From Candidatus Freyarchaeum deiterrae (lineage in GTDB: Archaea > Asgardarchaeota > Jordiarchaeia > Jordiarchaeales > Jordiarchaeaceae), in assembly GCA_037305845.1 (NCBI GenBank), contig CP147778.1:3008001-3072000 (forward strand): a stretch of 64,000 nt of DNA, written 5' to 3'. The notes under the pieces were generated by a model. It was not told the DNA's origin. It was given only the letters and a program-made list of their open reading frames with translations, and searched no databases. A program made the translations under genes and the position numbers. This document shows positions 30,434-40,719 of the stretch, in pieces. Positions within the stretch are counted from its first letter, which is position 1; each line of letters begins with the position of its first letter.

Positions 30434-31648
30434 TCAGACACTACTCTGAAGATCCACTTTTTTCAGCTCACTAATGTGTTGACGAACCTGCTTAACGTGT
30501 TCCGCGTTCCGCCGTGATGCAAACTTGATGAAATTCTGGTAAGCTTCAACTGCTCCTTTAAAGTCCGCCATAGCTTCGAGTGCGACTCCCAGATTGTTGT
30601 AGGCTTCGGCGTATTCTGGGTTTATTCTTACGGCTTCTCTGTATTCCTGTATTGCTTCATCGGGCAACCCCTTTTCATAGAGAGTAGCCCCTAGGTTGTA
30701 GTGGGCTGTGGCGTCGTCTGGTTTTATTTTCAGCGCCTCTCGGTGTTCCTGTATCACCTCGTCGAGCAGACCCTTGGCCCTGAGGGTGGTCTCTAGGCCG
30801 GTACGGGCTTCGATGTAGTCTGGTTTTATCCTCAAAGCCTCCTTGTACTCCTGTATGGCTTCGTCGAGTAGGCCTTTATTGTAAAGGATACTCCCAATGT
30901 TGTAGTGAGCTAAGTCTGGTTTCATTCTTAGTGCCATTCTGAGCTCTTGGCTCTCCTGATTGGGCAGCCCCTTATCATAAAGTATCTTTACTATGTTGCT
31001 GTAAGTTTCTCCAGGTTTTGGATCAACTAAACCCATTTTTTCGAGTTTTTCCAATATTTCCCCTACTTTTTCTACGGTGAACCCGGTCTCCTCTGCTATT
31101 TCCTCTTTGGATTTCGTTCCGTCACAAAGGTTTGCTACTTTTAAATAGTCCTCTTCCACAAAGATTCCCATCTTAGCGATAGGCTTTGGGATTTTCTTTT
31201 TCAGGAGGGGTTTTGGAACTGCGAGCTCTGCAATCATGCCTCCCAATGTTATTTTGTCAATTTCGGGTGAAAATTCTTTGAAGGGGTTGGTTTCACCGCG
31301 CCAATTCTTGAGATTAGAACCAAATCTTTGATTAAAACCACTAATCATTCGGCTGAGCGTATCACGGAGAACTTTCTCATCATCGCTTCTATCAGCACTC
31401 GCGGCAACCATTACGCTTTCTTGCCTTTCGTACACTATAGTATACCCTTTCATCTCCACCTCACGAAGGATTGTCGGTTGACCCTCCTGAGAACTGAGTT
31501 TTGAAGAGAATTGCTGCAACGCTGTTAGAAAACCACCAACAAGTCCTTCATCCAGTTCCACATCACCATAATTTCGGCAGATGAGACACACGCCACTAGA
31601 AGCCTCAATAACGTATATATCATGTATCAAGTTAAATTGCACTCCCAA
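30434..31648 (-). CDS. Longin-like domain + winged helix + TPR protein
   Basis: IHDIYVIEASSGVCL...LVGGFLTALQQFS (Asgard-type longin pattern); VANLCDGTKSKEEIAEETG wHTH; about 5 TPRs. Confidence 0.85.
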   Translation of the reverse strand: MGVQFNLIHDIYVIEASSGVCLICRNYGDVELDEGLVGGFLTALQQFSSKLSSQEGQPTILREVEMKGYTIVYERQESVMVAASADRSDDEKVLRDTLSRMISGFNQRFGSNLKNWRGETNPFKEFSPEIDKITLGGMIAELAVPKPLLKKKIPKPIAKMGIFVEEDYLKVANLCDGTKSKEEIAEETGFTVEKVGEILEKLEKMGLVDPKPGETYSNIVKILYDKGLPNQESQELRMALRMKPDLAHYNIGSILYNKGLLDEAIQEYKEALRIKPDYIEARTGLETTLRAKGLLDEVIQEHREALKIKPDDATAHYNLGATLYEKGLPDEAIQEYREAVRINPEYAEAYNNLGVALEAMADFKGAVEAYQNFIKFASRRNAEHVKQVRQHISELKKVDLQSSV

Positions 31649-32223
31649 CGCGAGTAACTTTCGAAACGAAATTAAACCCCTTTTAGTTTTAATTAGGATT
31701 CCGAGTTTTATAAATTTTTACAATAAGGAAAATCACCAAAATAATCATTAAATGATAGTGCAAGCATTATACTACGAGAAAACATTACATAAAAACACGC
31801 TTATGAATTACGCGTGTTTAAAAATGAACCAAGCCCTAGCCCACCAAACAGATTACTTGAAAATAGAGGAGGAGGCTAAGTAATGATGAAAAAAAGAGAG
31901 ACTTTAGAAAGGAAGGCGCTCCCAGAATAGAACACACAAAGCATCCTAAAGCAAAATACAAAAATATAAGAATTAGAAATTATACTGTAGCCAAATCTAA
32001 ATAATGCACAAAAAATTACAAATATACATACTAACCAAATTACCTGCTCACATTAACAGAAAAGTAAGAGGGCGAAGGAAAAGATGGAAGAGAAAGAATA
32101 CGAAGCTCAAGAATCTCTTCAGCTATAAGTTTCAAGACCCGAAAACAGAAGAAAAAGCGTTCACAAAACCCATGGTTAAAACTCTAAAAAATAAACAATA
32201 GTGGCAAAAAATAATGGGAGCGA

Positions 32224-35175
32224 ATGAACACAATGGGCAAAATAAAAGTCGGCGACCTCATAGGAGGACGATTTGAAGTACGCCGCATCCTCGGCGGCGA
32301 AGGAAAAAGCGGAATGGGGACAGTCTACGCCTGCATAGACCACAAATCTGGAGCAGTTGTAGCCCTGAAAACCTTCCAAGACATTTACCTCAAAGACAAG
32401 GAGATGAAGGATAGCTTCAAATTCGAAGCACTAGCTTGGACACAACTCGAAAGGCACCCAAACATAGTACAGGCAATGGGTTTTGAAGAGTTCGATTACC
32501 GACCGTTCATCATCCTTGAATTTATCGCCCCCGACGAGGAAGGAAGGACTACCCTAACCCAACACCTCCAAAAACCCATCCCCCTCCAACAGACGCTGGA
32601 GTGGGCCATACAGTTCTGCCGCGGGATGGAACACGCTGCAACCCACGGCGTGACACCCCACAGAGACATAAATCCGGGCAACATAATGATCACTAAAGAC
32701 GGAACCCTGAAGATTACAGACTTCGGACTAGCAAAACTATGGGAGCAGAAGAAACCCAAAGCAGGCCAGAAGATTCAGGTAGATGAAGGACAACCCGGGC
32801 TTACCTTCCTCAAGGTCTCCGATGAATATGTGGTGGCTGGCACGCCACCCTGGATGGCTCCTGAGCAATTCGAAGGCATAGCCGACACCAGAAGCGACAT
32901 CTACAACTTCGGAATAGTGCTCTTCCAGATGGTCAACAAAGGCAAACTACCGTTCCAAGCCCAGACAGACGCAGAATACCACCAAGCCCACAAGACAAGG
33001 CCAGTACCCCAACTCAAAAGCAAACTGTTCCCGATAATCGAAAAGTGCCTGCAGAAAAACCCAAAGGACCGCTACCAAAACTTCCAAGAACTGAGAAAAG
33101 ACCTAGAAAAAATGTACCAAAAGGAAACCGGAAAAACCCCACCAAAACCACCAGAAAAAACAGAACTGGAAGCATGGGAACATAACAACCAAGGACTATC
33201 ATTCTATAATCTAGGACTGCTTAACGAAGCAACAAAAGAATACAAGGAGGCCATAAAAATAAACCCTGCTGATGCTGACGCTCACAGCAACTTGGGTAAC
33301 GCTCTAAAAGACAAGGGTCTGTTGGATGAGGCTATATGGGAATACACAGAAGCTCTGCGGATAAACCCCTCTGATGCTGACGCTCACAGCAACCTAGGTG
33401 TCGCCCTCAGAGGTAAGGGTCTACTGGACGAGGCAATACAGGAATACAGAAAAGCTCTGCGGATAAACCCCTCTGATGCTGACGCTCACAGCAACTTGGG
33501 TAACGCTCTAAAGGATAAAGGTCTGCTGGACGAGGCGATAGCGGAATACACAGAAGCGCTAAGAATAGAGCCTGGCCTCGCCCAAACTCACAGCAACCTA
33601 GGTAACGCTCTTAGTGATAAGGGACTGCTTGATGAAGCGATAGAGGAGTACAGAGAGGCTCTGCGGATAAATCCCTCTGATGCTGACGTTCACAGCAACC
33701 TAGGTGTCGCCCTCAGAGGTAAGGGTGGCCTCGATAAGGCGATAAAAGAATACAGAGAAGCGCTGAGGTTAAAGCCCGACCTCGCTGAAGCCCACAGCAA
33801 TCTGGGTAACGCTCTTAGTGATAAGGGTTTACACGAAGAAGCGATAAAAGAATGGAGGGAGGCTATAAGGTTAAAGCCCGACCTCGCCGACGCCCACCAC
33901 AACTTGGGGGTCGCCTTTAGTGATAAGGGTCTACTCGACGAAGCGATAAAGGAATACAGAGAAGCCATAACAATAAACCCTTACCATACTGACGCCCACT
34001 ATAACTTGGGTAACGCTCTTATTAACACCGGTCTACTTGATAAGGCAATACGGGAATACAGAGAAGCGCTGAGGTTAAAGCCCGACTTCGCTGAAGCTCA
34101 CAGCAACTTGGGTAACGCTCTTAGTGATAACGGTCTGCTGGATGAAGCGATAAAAGAATGGAAGGAGGCTATAAGGTTAAAGCCCGACCTCGCCGACGCC
34201 CACAGCAATCTGGGTAACGCTCTTAGTGATAAGGGTCTACCCGACGAAGCGATAAAGGAATACCAAGAAGCGCTGAGGTTAAAGCCCGACTTCGCCCAAG
34301 CTCACTACAACTTGGGTGTCGCCCTCAGGGGTAAGGGTCTAGTTGACGAGGCGATGAGAGAGTGGAGGGAGGCTCTGAGAATAAAGCCTGACTTCGCTGA
34401 AGCTCACAGCAATCTGGGTAACGCCTTTAGAAGTAAGGGTTTGCTTGACAACGCTATAAAAGAATACAGGGAAGCGCTGAGGTTAAAGCCTGACCTTGCT
34501 GAAGTCCACAGCCTCTTGGGTAACACTCTCAGCAGTAAGGGGTTGCTTGATGAGGCTATAAAAGAATACAGGGTGGCCATAAAGATAAAACCTGACTATG
34601 TCGAGGCCCACTATAACTTAGCGATCGCTCTTAGTAATAATGGGTTGCTTGAAGAGGCTATAAAGGAATACAGAGCAACTTTGAGGATAAAGCCTGACCT
34701 CGTCCAAGCTCACAGCAATCTGGGTAACGCTCTTAGTGATAAGGGTCTACTCGATGAGGCTATAAATCAATACAGGGAGGCTATAAAGATAAAGCCTGAC
34801 CTTGCTGAAGCTCACAGCAATCTGGGTAACGCTCTAAAGGATAAGGGCCTGCTGGATGAAGCAATACTGGAATACCGGGAGGCTTTAAAAATAAAACCAG
34901 ACGATGCCACAGCCCACTACAACTTGGGTGTCGCCCTTAGAGATAAAAATCTGTTCGACGAGGCAGTACAGGAATACAGAGAAACACTGAGAATAAACCC
35001 AGACTTAGCCCAGGCCTATTACAACCTTGGGATTGCACTTGAGGCTTTAGGAGACTTTAAGGGAGCCATTGAAGCGTACCAGAATTTCATAAAGCGAGCG
35101 CCGCCGCAGTATGCACAGCATTTTAAGCGGGCACGCCAAGCCATCAATACATTGAAAGGGATAGTAAGAGGATGA
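32224..35175 (+). CDS. Hanks-type Ser/Thr protein kinase with about 19 TPRs (paralogue of 28466..30307)
   Basis: Near-identical kinase domain (HRDINPGN) with a longer TPR array. Confidence 0.95.
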   Translation: MNTMGKIKVGDLIGGRFEVRRILGGEGKSGMGTVYACIDHKSGAVVALKTFQDIYLKDKEMKDSFKFEALAWTQLERHPNIVQAMGFEEFDYRPFIILEFIAPDEEGRTTLTQHLQKPIPLQQTLEWAIQFCRGMEHAATHGVTPHRDINPGNIMITKDGTLKITDFGLAKLWEQKKPKAGQKIQVDEGQPGLTFLKVSDEYVVAGTPPWMAPEQFEGIADTRSDIYNFGIVLFQMVNKGKLPFQAQTDAEYHQAHKTRPVPQLKSKLFPIIEKCLQKNPKDRYQNFQELRKDLEKMYQKETGKTPPKPPEKTELEAWEHNNQGLSFYNLGLLNEATKEYKEAIKINPADADAHSNLGNALKDKGLLDEAIWEYTEALRINPSDADAHSNLGVALRGKGLLDEAIQEYRKALRINPSDADAHSNLGNALKDKGLLDEAIAEYTEALRIEPGLAQTHSNLGNALSDKGLLDEAIEEYREALRINPSDADVHSNLGVALRGKGGLDKAIKEYREALRLKPDLAEAHSNLGNALSDKGLHEEAIKEWREAIRLKPDLADAHHNLGVAFSDKGLLDEAIKEYREAITINPYHTDAHYNLGNALINTGLLDKAIREYREALRLKPDFAEAHSNLGNALSDNGLLDEAIKEWKEAIRLKPDLADAHSNLGNALSDKGLPDEAIKEYQEALRLKPDFAQAHYNLGVALRGKGLVDEAMREWREALRIKPDFAEAHSNLGNAFRSKGLLDNAIKEYREALRLKPDLAEVHSLLGNTLSSKGLLDEAIKEYRVAIKIKPDYVEAHYNLAIALSNNGLLEEAIKEYRATLRIKPDLVQAHSNLGNALSDKGLLDEAINQYREAIKIKPDLAEAHSNLGNALKDKGLLDEAILEYREALKIKPDDATAHYNLGVALRDKNLFDEAVQEYRETLRINPDLAQAYYNLGIALEALGDFKGAIEAYQNFIKRAPPQYAQHFKRARQAINTLKGIVRG

Positions 35176-35561
35176 GGAGCTTCAAGTTTATCCTTTCAGT
35201 GTTTGAATTTTGTATTGTTTTTATGAGTTCAAAACCTGTGACACAGTGGACTTACTCATAACCTATAGAATAGTCCCCAGGTGGGTCGTTACTGCAGAAT
35301 GCCTTTATTTTGCCGTAGAAATAGTTACTAACCCAAAAAATTAGGTTACGCTGCTTCGAAGATTGTACTAATCTCATCATGTCTCCCTACTCTGGCATAG
35401 CCTCATCAATTGTAACACGATTATAAAATGACAACCTCTTTTTGAAATACTTCTCATTCACTCGGTTTCATCGCTCTCGCAAGTTTCAGCCTTTAATTGT
35501 GGATGGAAGCCGAATATTTTTTCAATTAGATTTAAATATAACTTAGTCTCAAAAATAGTTT

Positions 35562-35587
35562 TAAGTACCGTAAATTTGCGGTACTTA
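35562..35587. promoter_or_regulatory. 26-bp near-perfect palindrome (candidate operator) upstream of the lipase gene
   Basis: TAAGTACCGTAAA-TTTGCGGTACTTA, one mismatch, downstream of TTTAAATA at about 35531. Confidence 0.6.
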
Positions 35588-35626
35588 TGTTACAACAAAA
35601 AAATGGAGATTAGAGAGGAGGACACA

Positions 35627-37090
35627 ATGCGTAAAAAAGTAATCGGCGCACTACTCATTATCGTTTTCATTTCAATGTCTTTTTCCTTGATTTCACTGTC
35701 TGCACTGGTTAATGGAAATGCACAAGTTACACAACTTGCACAAGTTGCATCCATTAATAGTTCTGGAATCGGTTCACAATCTAATCAGGTATCCTCCATC
35801 ACGTCGGGGTTCTATGATGGACTCGGTACTATATATACCGTTCAAACCCTAGATGGCGTGAATATAAAAGTGCTGAGATACCATCCAATTGGACAGAACT
35901 TTAACAATGGAAGTCAGCCAATTTTGCTTTTACCGGGAATTGTAGCTAACATAAACGAATTTTTATCGCATACTACTCCAAGAGTCGCGCAGCTTTACCC
36001 CAATATTACACTACCTGCTAATCTTTCATCATGGGCTGTAGGGGATCCCAATATCCAAAAAGATCCGTTGCTCTATTATAGCCCTGCCTATTTCTTATGG
36101 AAACAAGGATACGATGTATGGTTAGCAAACTATAGAGGAACTGGCTTTGGTGATATGAAAAGCGGCATGGGGAATTCAAATACAACTTTAGATGATTGGG
36201 CATTATTAGACGCTAGAGCAGCATTAAACTTTGTTTATAGTATGACACTTCAACATCCAGTTGTCGGCGGTCACAGCACCGGAGGCCTTTCGACCATGAT
36301 GTTATTGCAAGGCGCTTATATCCAATCGAATGGAATGGTCGCTTCCAATGAAACACTCGCTAAAGAACGAAACGGTATTATTCAGGGCCCCGAGACAATT
36401 AAAGCCTATATAGCATTAGAACCAGCAGGTATACCAGTTATTTCATCATCGGAAGAATCTACCCTAGGCTGGTTAATGCTTAGCGCAAATGTTTATCTCG
36501 ATCTTCGGTCAATTATACAAGCTCTAGACGGGACTGGAAACCTTTCATTGATCGCATTAGATAGCAATTTAATGAGTCTATTAGGACAAACCCCCCTAAA
36601 GGACTTGGTAACGAACATTATGAACTTGGATCCGACTGACTTTACCCCCGCATTAGGTTATTACCAAACACTTTATTGTTTGGACAGTACCTATCTCAGC
36701 TGCTTAGCCCAATATTCTGATTTTGCATTTGAGCATACAATTAGAGAGTTCTACAGAGATGGAGCCTCTAACCAATATGTGATTGTACCATCGCAACCGC
36801 ACAATGGTGATGGCTATTACTACTTCGTCGATACACCGTGGAGTACAAATATGAAAAAAATGAGTGTTCCAATGATAACAATTTTTGCATCGATGCAAAA
36901 TAATTACAACGACCTCGTCAATTCCACAGAAATAATCCAGGACTTCATAAACGCAAAAACAGCTACCCCATATGACGCATACTATATCATACCAGGAACA
37001 GCCCACATCGACTGTCCCATAGGAAACCATGCACCTACAGACATTTTCCCAATTCTTTCTTCATGGCTGGCAGTAGTTGCACCTCCATAA
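35627..37090 (+). CDS. Secreted alpha/beta hydrolase (lipase-like)
   Basis: Signal peptide MRKKVIGALLII...; GYDVWLANYRG; GHSTGG nucleophile elbow; C-terminal AHID; GGAGG RBS before the ATG at 35627. Confidence 0.85.
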   Translation: MRKKVIGALLIIVFISMSFSLISLSALVNGNAQVTQLAQVASINSSGIGSQSNQVSSITSGFYDGLGTIYTVQTLDGVNIKVLRYHPIGQNFNNGSQPILLLPGIVANINEFLSHTTPRVAQLYPNITLPANLSSWAVGDPNIQKDPLLYYSPAYFLWKQGYDVWLANYRGTGFGDMKSGMGNSNTTLDDWALLDARAALNFVYSMTLQHPVVGGHSTGGLSTMMLLQGAYIQSNGMVASNETLAKERNGIIQGPETIKAYIALEPAGIPVISSSEESTLGWLMLSANVYLDLRSIIQALDGTGNLSLIALDSNLMSLLGQTPLKDLVTNIMNLDPTDFTPALGYYQTLYCLDSTYLSCLAQYSDFAFEHTIREFYRDGASNQYVIVPSQPHNGDGYYYFVDTPWSTNMKKMSVPMITIFASMQNNYNDLVNSTEIIQDFINAKTATPYDAYYIIPGTAHIDCPIGNHAPTDIFPILSSWLAVVAPP

Positions 37091-37107
37091 ATTTAGCTTA
37101 ATTCAAA

Positions 37108-37205
37108 TCAGGATACCTAATGAGTAGTGGTAGGTTCATGTTCGAGGGCTTGAACTGCCGTGAACCTGCTTAACTGCCCTGTTGGGTATTCCCTGACTTT
37201 TTTTT
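37108..37205 (+). ncRNA. Long G-U-rich hairpin followed by T8 (structured 3' UTR/terminator or sRNA)
   Basis: Nested stems TCAGG/CCTGA, ATACCTAATG/TGTTGGGTAT, GTAGT/ACTGC, GGTAGGTTCATG/CGTGAACCTGCT. The mismatches resolve as G-U pairs only on the + strand. Confidence 0.6.
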
Positions 37206-37376
37206 CTGGACAAGAAAATGACCAATATTCTTCAATGGAAATAAAATTATGGAACATGTTTCCGAAATATTAGTCATGTTCCGATTATTGGGCTTGAAAA
37301 TTAGTTTGGTTTAAAATTTTTTTTCGATGCGCTCAGGGATAATAATCTTTTTAACTACTGTACAATTGTTATTTTT

Positions 37377-37964
37377 ATGGAACATGGTTCTTTGGGAGTG
37401 TCTTTAGCTATATTGAGCTCTAGACTTGCTGGGCCTTTTTACAAGAGTTATGTAAAAAATTTAGGCTTAAAGGGGAATGAGAGGGTGCTTGAGCCCGGGT
37501 CTGGCTCGGGTGGCCTTTCGGCTTATATCGCTCCAATTTTGTTAAAGGGAAAAGGAAAATTGACCTGTGTTGATATATCCAAGGCTCAGATGAGAGTGCT
37601 TAGAATCAGAATGAGGAAGTATCCTAATGTGGAGTACAAGCTGGGGGATATATCAAAAATGGATATTGAAGACGGTTCCTTTGATGCTGCTATTATTCAT
37701 TTCATGTTGCACGAAGTTGAACAACCTTCAAGACAAAACTTTGTAAAGACGATATCACGTAAATTGAAGGCCGGTGGAAAACTCTTTATTAGAGAACCTA
37801 TAAGAGAAAGCCACGGTATGCCTGTGGAAGAAATTCGGCAGTTAATGGCTGAAGGTGGATTAAAAGAAATTGATCACAAATTAACTAGGTCAATTTTTAT
37901 GGGACCAATGTATGTGGGAATATTCGAAAAACGTATAAGAAGCCGACAGGAACACGTAGGATAG
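37377..37964 (+). CDS. Class I SAM-dependent methyltransferase
   Basis: VLEPGSGSG motif I, CVDIS, SFDAA. Confidence 0.9.
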   Translation: MEHGSLGVSLAILSSRLAGPFYKSYVKNLGLKGNERVLEPGSGSGGLSAYIAPILLKGKGKLTCVDISKAQMRVLRIRMRKYPNVEYKLGDISKMDIEDGSFDAAIIHFMLHEVEQPSRQNFVKTISRKLKAGGKLFIREPIRESHGMPVEEIRQLMAEGGLKEIDHKLTRSIFMGPMYVGIFEKRIRSRQEHVG

Positions 37965-37991
37965 AATATCAGACCAAAAGTTTTTTCAATT

Positions 37992-38714
37992 TTATTCATC
38001 TGAATGATTTTGAAATGATAGTAAGCCTTCTAGTATACGGAACATGTCTTCGGAAAGCCCTGATTTTACTATGTCCTTCCACAGAGTAACTATTTTGAGC
38101 CCTAGTTTTTTTGACGCTTCAAGAGCCTCGTTTTCATCTTCTTCCTTTAAACGCGTCCTGATTTGGTCGAAGAGCGTTTGGTATGCTTTTTTTAGTTCGC
38201 CGTTCTCGATTGTGTCGAAGTCGGTTGTCTGTGAATCGAAAAGAATTTTGTCTCCGGTTTTGTCAGAAATTAGCGCAAATTTTCCGTATATTTCGGACAG
38301 TGCTTTTGAGTCTTCTAGAATTTTGTTCAATACTGGACTCAGTTTATCTTCTGGATGTTCCTTGTTTTTGAAGTAGGAAATATACTCATTGATTAGCCAC
38401 TCATAGATCACCTTAATCTCACGATTTGTAGTCATTCCTTCCTTCAAACTTGGTAGAGTGTTAACCTGTATGCATTCTAGCGAGATATCGCTGGTCTGAA
38501 TTACGTTTGAATCCTCTGATCCTCTATCCGCAAGATTACTATCAAAATAAGCGAGTACAGCGTGGATTTCTTTATTATCTTTACTATTATGAAGAAATAC
38601 GCCTGAATATATGCCGCCGCTTTTCTGTTCGAGCTGGTTTTTACTAAAGCGGTACGTAAATTTAGTCTTACATTTTTCACAGTAACCTGTAAAGACGAGA
38701 TTGTTATCAGGCAT
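37992..38714 (-). CDS. Hypothetical protein with N-terminal CxxC/His Zn-binding domain, coupled to the GTPase gene
   Basis: CEKC...FLH...HAVLAYFDSN..RG; its start overlaps the GTPase stop. Confidence 0.75.
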   Translation of the reverse strand: MPDNNLVFTGYCEKCKTKFTYRFSKNQLEQKSGGIYSGVFLHNSKDNKEIHAVLAYFDSNLADRGSEDSNVIQTSDISLECIQVNTLPSLKEGMTTNREIKVIYEWLINEYISYFKNKEHPEDKLSPVLNKILEDSKALSEIYGKFALISDKTGDKILFDSQTTDFDTIENGELKKAYQTLFDQIRTRLKEEDENEALEASKKLGLKIVTLWKDIVKSGLSEDMFRILEGLLSFQNHSDE

Positions 38715-39259
38715 TATTTCTTCGCCCTCTTATAGAGCAAATTAGTCAGTTGAACAAAAACTTCCTTAACATTTTGACCGGTTTTAGAGCTCGTTTTAAA
38801 GAAGAAGTTGGACGTTAAATTATGCTTCTTCAAAAAATCTGCAATTTGTCCATCATTAACCGACCTAGCACCAAACTTTTCGACCTCATCCGCCTTAGTT
38901 CCTATAACAAAAGTTACCGGATTATTCGTGTTCTTCTTCACTAGATCGAACCATTCTTCCAAGTTCCACAAACTAGAAGGTCTAGTGAGATCAAAAGCCA
39001 ATATCACACCACTAGTTCCCTTACAATAACTAGGTAGAATAAAACGAAACCTTTTTTCCCCCCCAAAATCCCACACCTGAAGCTTTACAGAATCACCATT
39101 TATCCTTTTATCTATGGAATAAAATCCGGCACCAATAGTAATTTTTGTACTCTCAATAAATTTCTGAGTAGTATACCTGTTTATAAAAGTCGTTTTCCCA
39201 ACGCCACCTTCCCCAACAACAATCACCTTGAATAAATAACCCTGACTTACATCACTCAA
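38714..39259 (-). CDS. Rab-like small GTPase
   Basis: GEGGVGKT, TIGAGF, WDFGGE, TKAD, TSSK; no C-terminal prenylation Cys. Confidence 0.93.
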   Translation of the reverse strand: MSDVSQGYLFKVIVVGEGGVGKTTFINRYTTQKFIESTKITIGAGFYSIDKRINGDSVKLQVWDFGGEKRFRFILPSYCKGTSGVILAFDLTRPSSLWNLEEWFDLVKKNTNNPVTFVIGTKADEVEKFGARSVNDGQIADFLKKHNLTSNFFFKTSSKTGQNVKEVFVQLTNLLYKRAKK

Positions 39260-39501
39260 GGATATCCGCCTCCAAAGAGTACATCGCGAACCGCTATTCC
39301 TGAAACTATACGCATCATAGTATTATAAATGCAATACGCTCATAAATTTTTATCAAATATACATTTCATAAACTAGAAAAACTTTACGCATTCATAATAC
39401 CAAATAAAGCAGAAAAGAATAGAAACCCCTCCCTCTCCACTCATTTAGGTGGCTGAACCCAACTGCTTCCTTGGAAAACTTTTGTAAAACTAACTATTTT
39501 T

Positions 39502-40719
39502 TTAAACGCTTTGCCTCGATTTTTGCTGGGCTCGTTCTTCAGGAATACATCGGAGGCCTCCGCTTATTATGCTCATAAAACAGTTATTGCAGGATGTGCA
39601 TGTGACGGCTAAATCTCCAACACCTTTCAACCATTTATTTGGAAGATCTGGTTCCCGGATCAGGGGTCGAGATAGGGAAACGAAATCTGCACTTCCTTCC
39701 ACGAGTATTTTTTCGATCACATCAAGGGATCTGATTCCCCCAACCAGAATTAGTGGAACATCGATGACTTTCTTGATTTCTCTAGCATAAGGCAGAAAGT
39801 AAGCTTCCTTATCTTTCGACGTGATTTTTATTCGAGCCTCTGGAGGAAATGCTGGTTTCCAGCCCAGTTCTTCTTCACTGCGTTTCGTGGTTTCCCACAT
39901 GCCTCCACTGGTTTCAATAGCTGCGAATCCCCTCTTCGAAAGCTTTTTCGCAATCTTCTTGGACTCATCTAGAGTTATTCCCCCTTTCAGAAAATCGTCG
40001 GCATTCATCTTTACCAAGATGGGAAAATCCTTTCCTACTCTTTCCACACTCTGTTTGTATATTTCTTCAAGAATCCTGACACGGTTTTCAGTGCTGCCCC
40101 CATACTTGTCTGTTCTCTTATTCGTGTAGGGGGATAAGAATTCGCTTAAAAGGTATCCGTGCGCTGAGTGAAATTGAACGGCGTCAAATCCCGCATCCCT
40201 AGCCCTCCTTACCGCTTCGGCGAAAGCTTCTATGGTTTCTTCAATTTCTTCAACCGTCATTTCCCGCGGCATTTTATTAATGACCGGCTCAAAAACAGCT
40301 GAAGGAGCAACAGGGGTTTTCGCCGCTAAACTTTGACGACCGCCATGACTCAACTGTGCTGCAACCTTACAACCATCACCATACTCATGAACTGTTTCCG
40401 CGATTCTTCCCAATCCTGGAATAAGTTCATCACTATCTATTCCTGTCCCGTGACCCCCCGCCTCACTTGGTTGCACATACATGAGACCCGTGATTATTAA
40501 TCCGACTCCGCCTTTGGCTAAATTTTTGTATAATTCCACGAGTTTATCTGTAACATGTCCATCTTCAGAAGCTAAACCTTCAAAAGTGGCTGATCTAACC
40601 AGCCTATTCTTGATTACCACTCCACCAATTTCCGCAGACTCGAAAACCTTCAACTTGGATATTTCACCCCTGGGTGATTTCCCATTGGATATTCCTGCAT
40701 CAGATATCTTCCCTTTCAT
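39502..40719 (-). CDS. NADH:flavin oxidoreductase (Old Yellow Enzyme family)
   Basis: KNRLVRSAT, HSAHGYLLSEFLSPYTNKRTDKYGGS, CTSCNNC. Confidence 0.92.
   Translation of the reverse strand: MKGKISDAGISNGKSPRGEISKLKVFESAEIGGVVIKNRLVRSATFEGLASEDGHVTDKLVELYKNLAKGGVGLIITGLMYVQPSEAGGHGTGIDSDELIPGLGRIAETVHEYGDGCKVAAQLSHGGRQSLAAKTPVAPSAVFEPVINKMPREMTVEEIEETIEAFAEAVRRARDAGFDAVQFHSAHGYLLSEFLSPYTNKRTDKYGGSTENRVRILEEIYKQSVERVGKDFPILVKMNADDFLKGGITLDESKKIAKKLSKRGFAAIETSGGMWETTKRSEEELGWKPAFPPEARIKITSKDKEAYFLPYAREIKKVIDVPLILVGGIRSLDVIEKILVEGSADFVSLSRPLIREPDLPNKWLKGVGDLAVTCTSCNNCFMSIISGGLRCIPEERAQQKSRQSV

Noticed and set aside
32004-32201. 65-aa basic ORF upstream of kinase 2
   Set aside because: The homologous region upstream of kinase 1 shifts frame and lacks a start; better explained as duplicated upstream or degenerate DNA.
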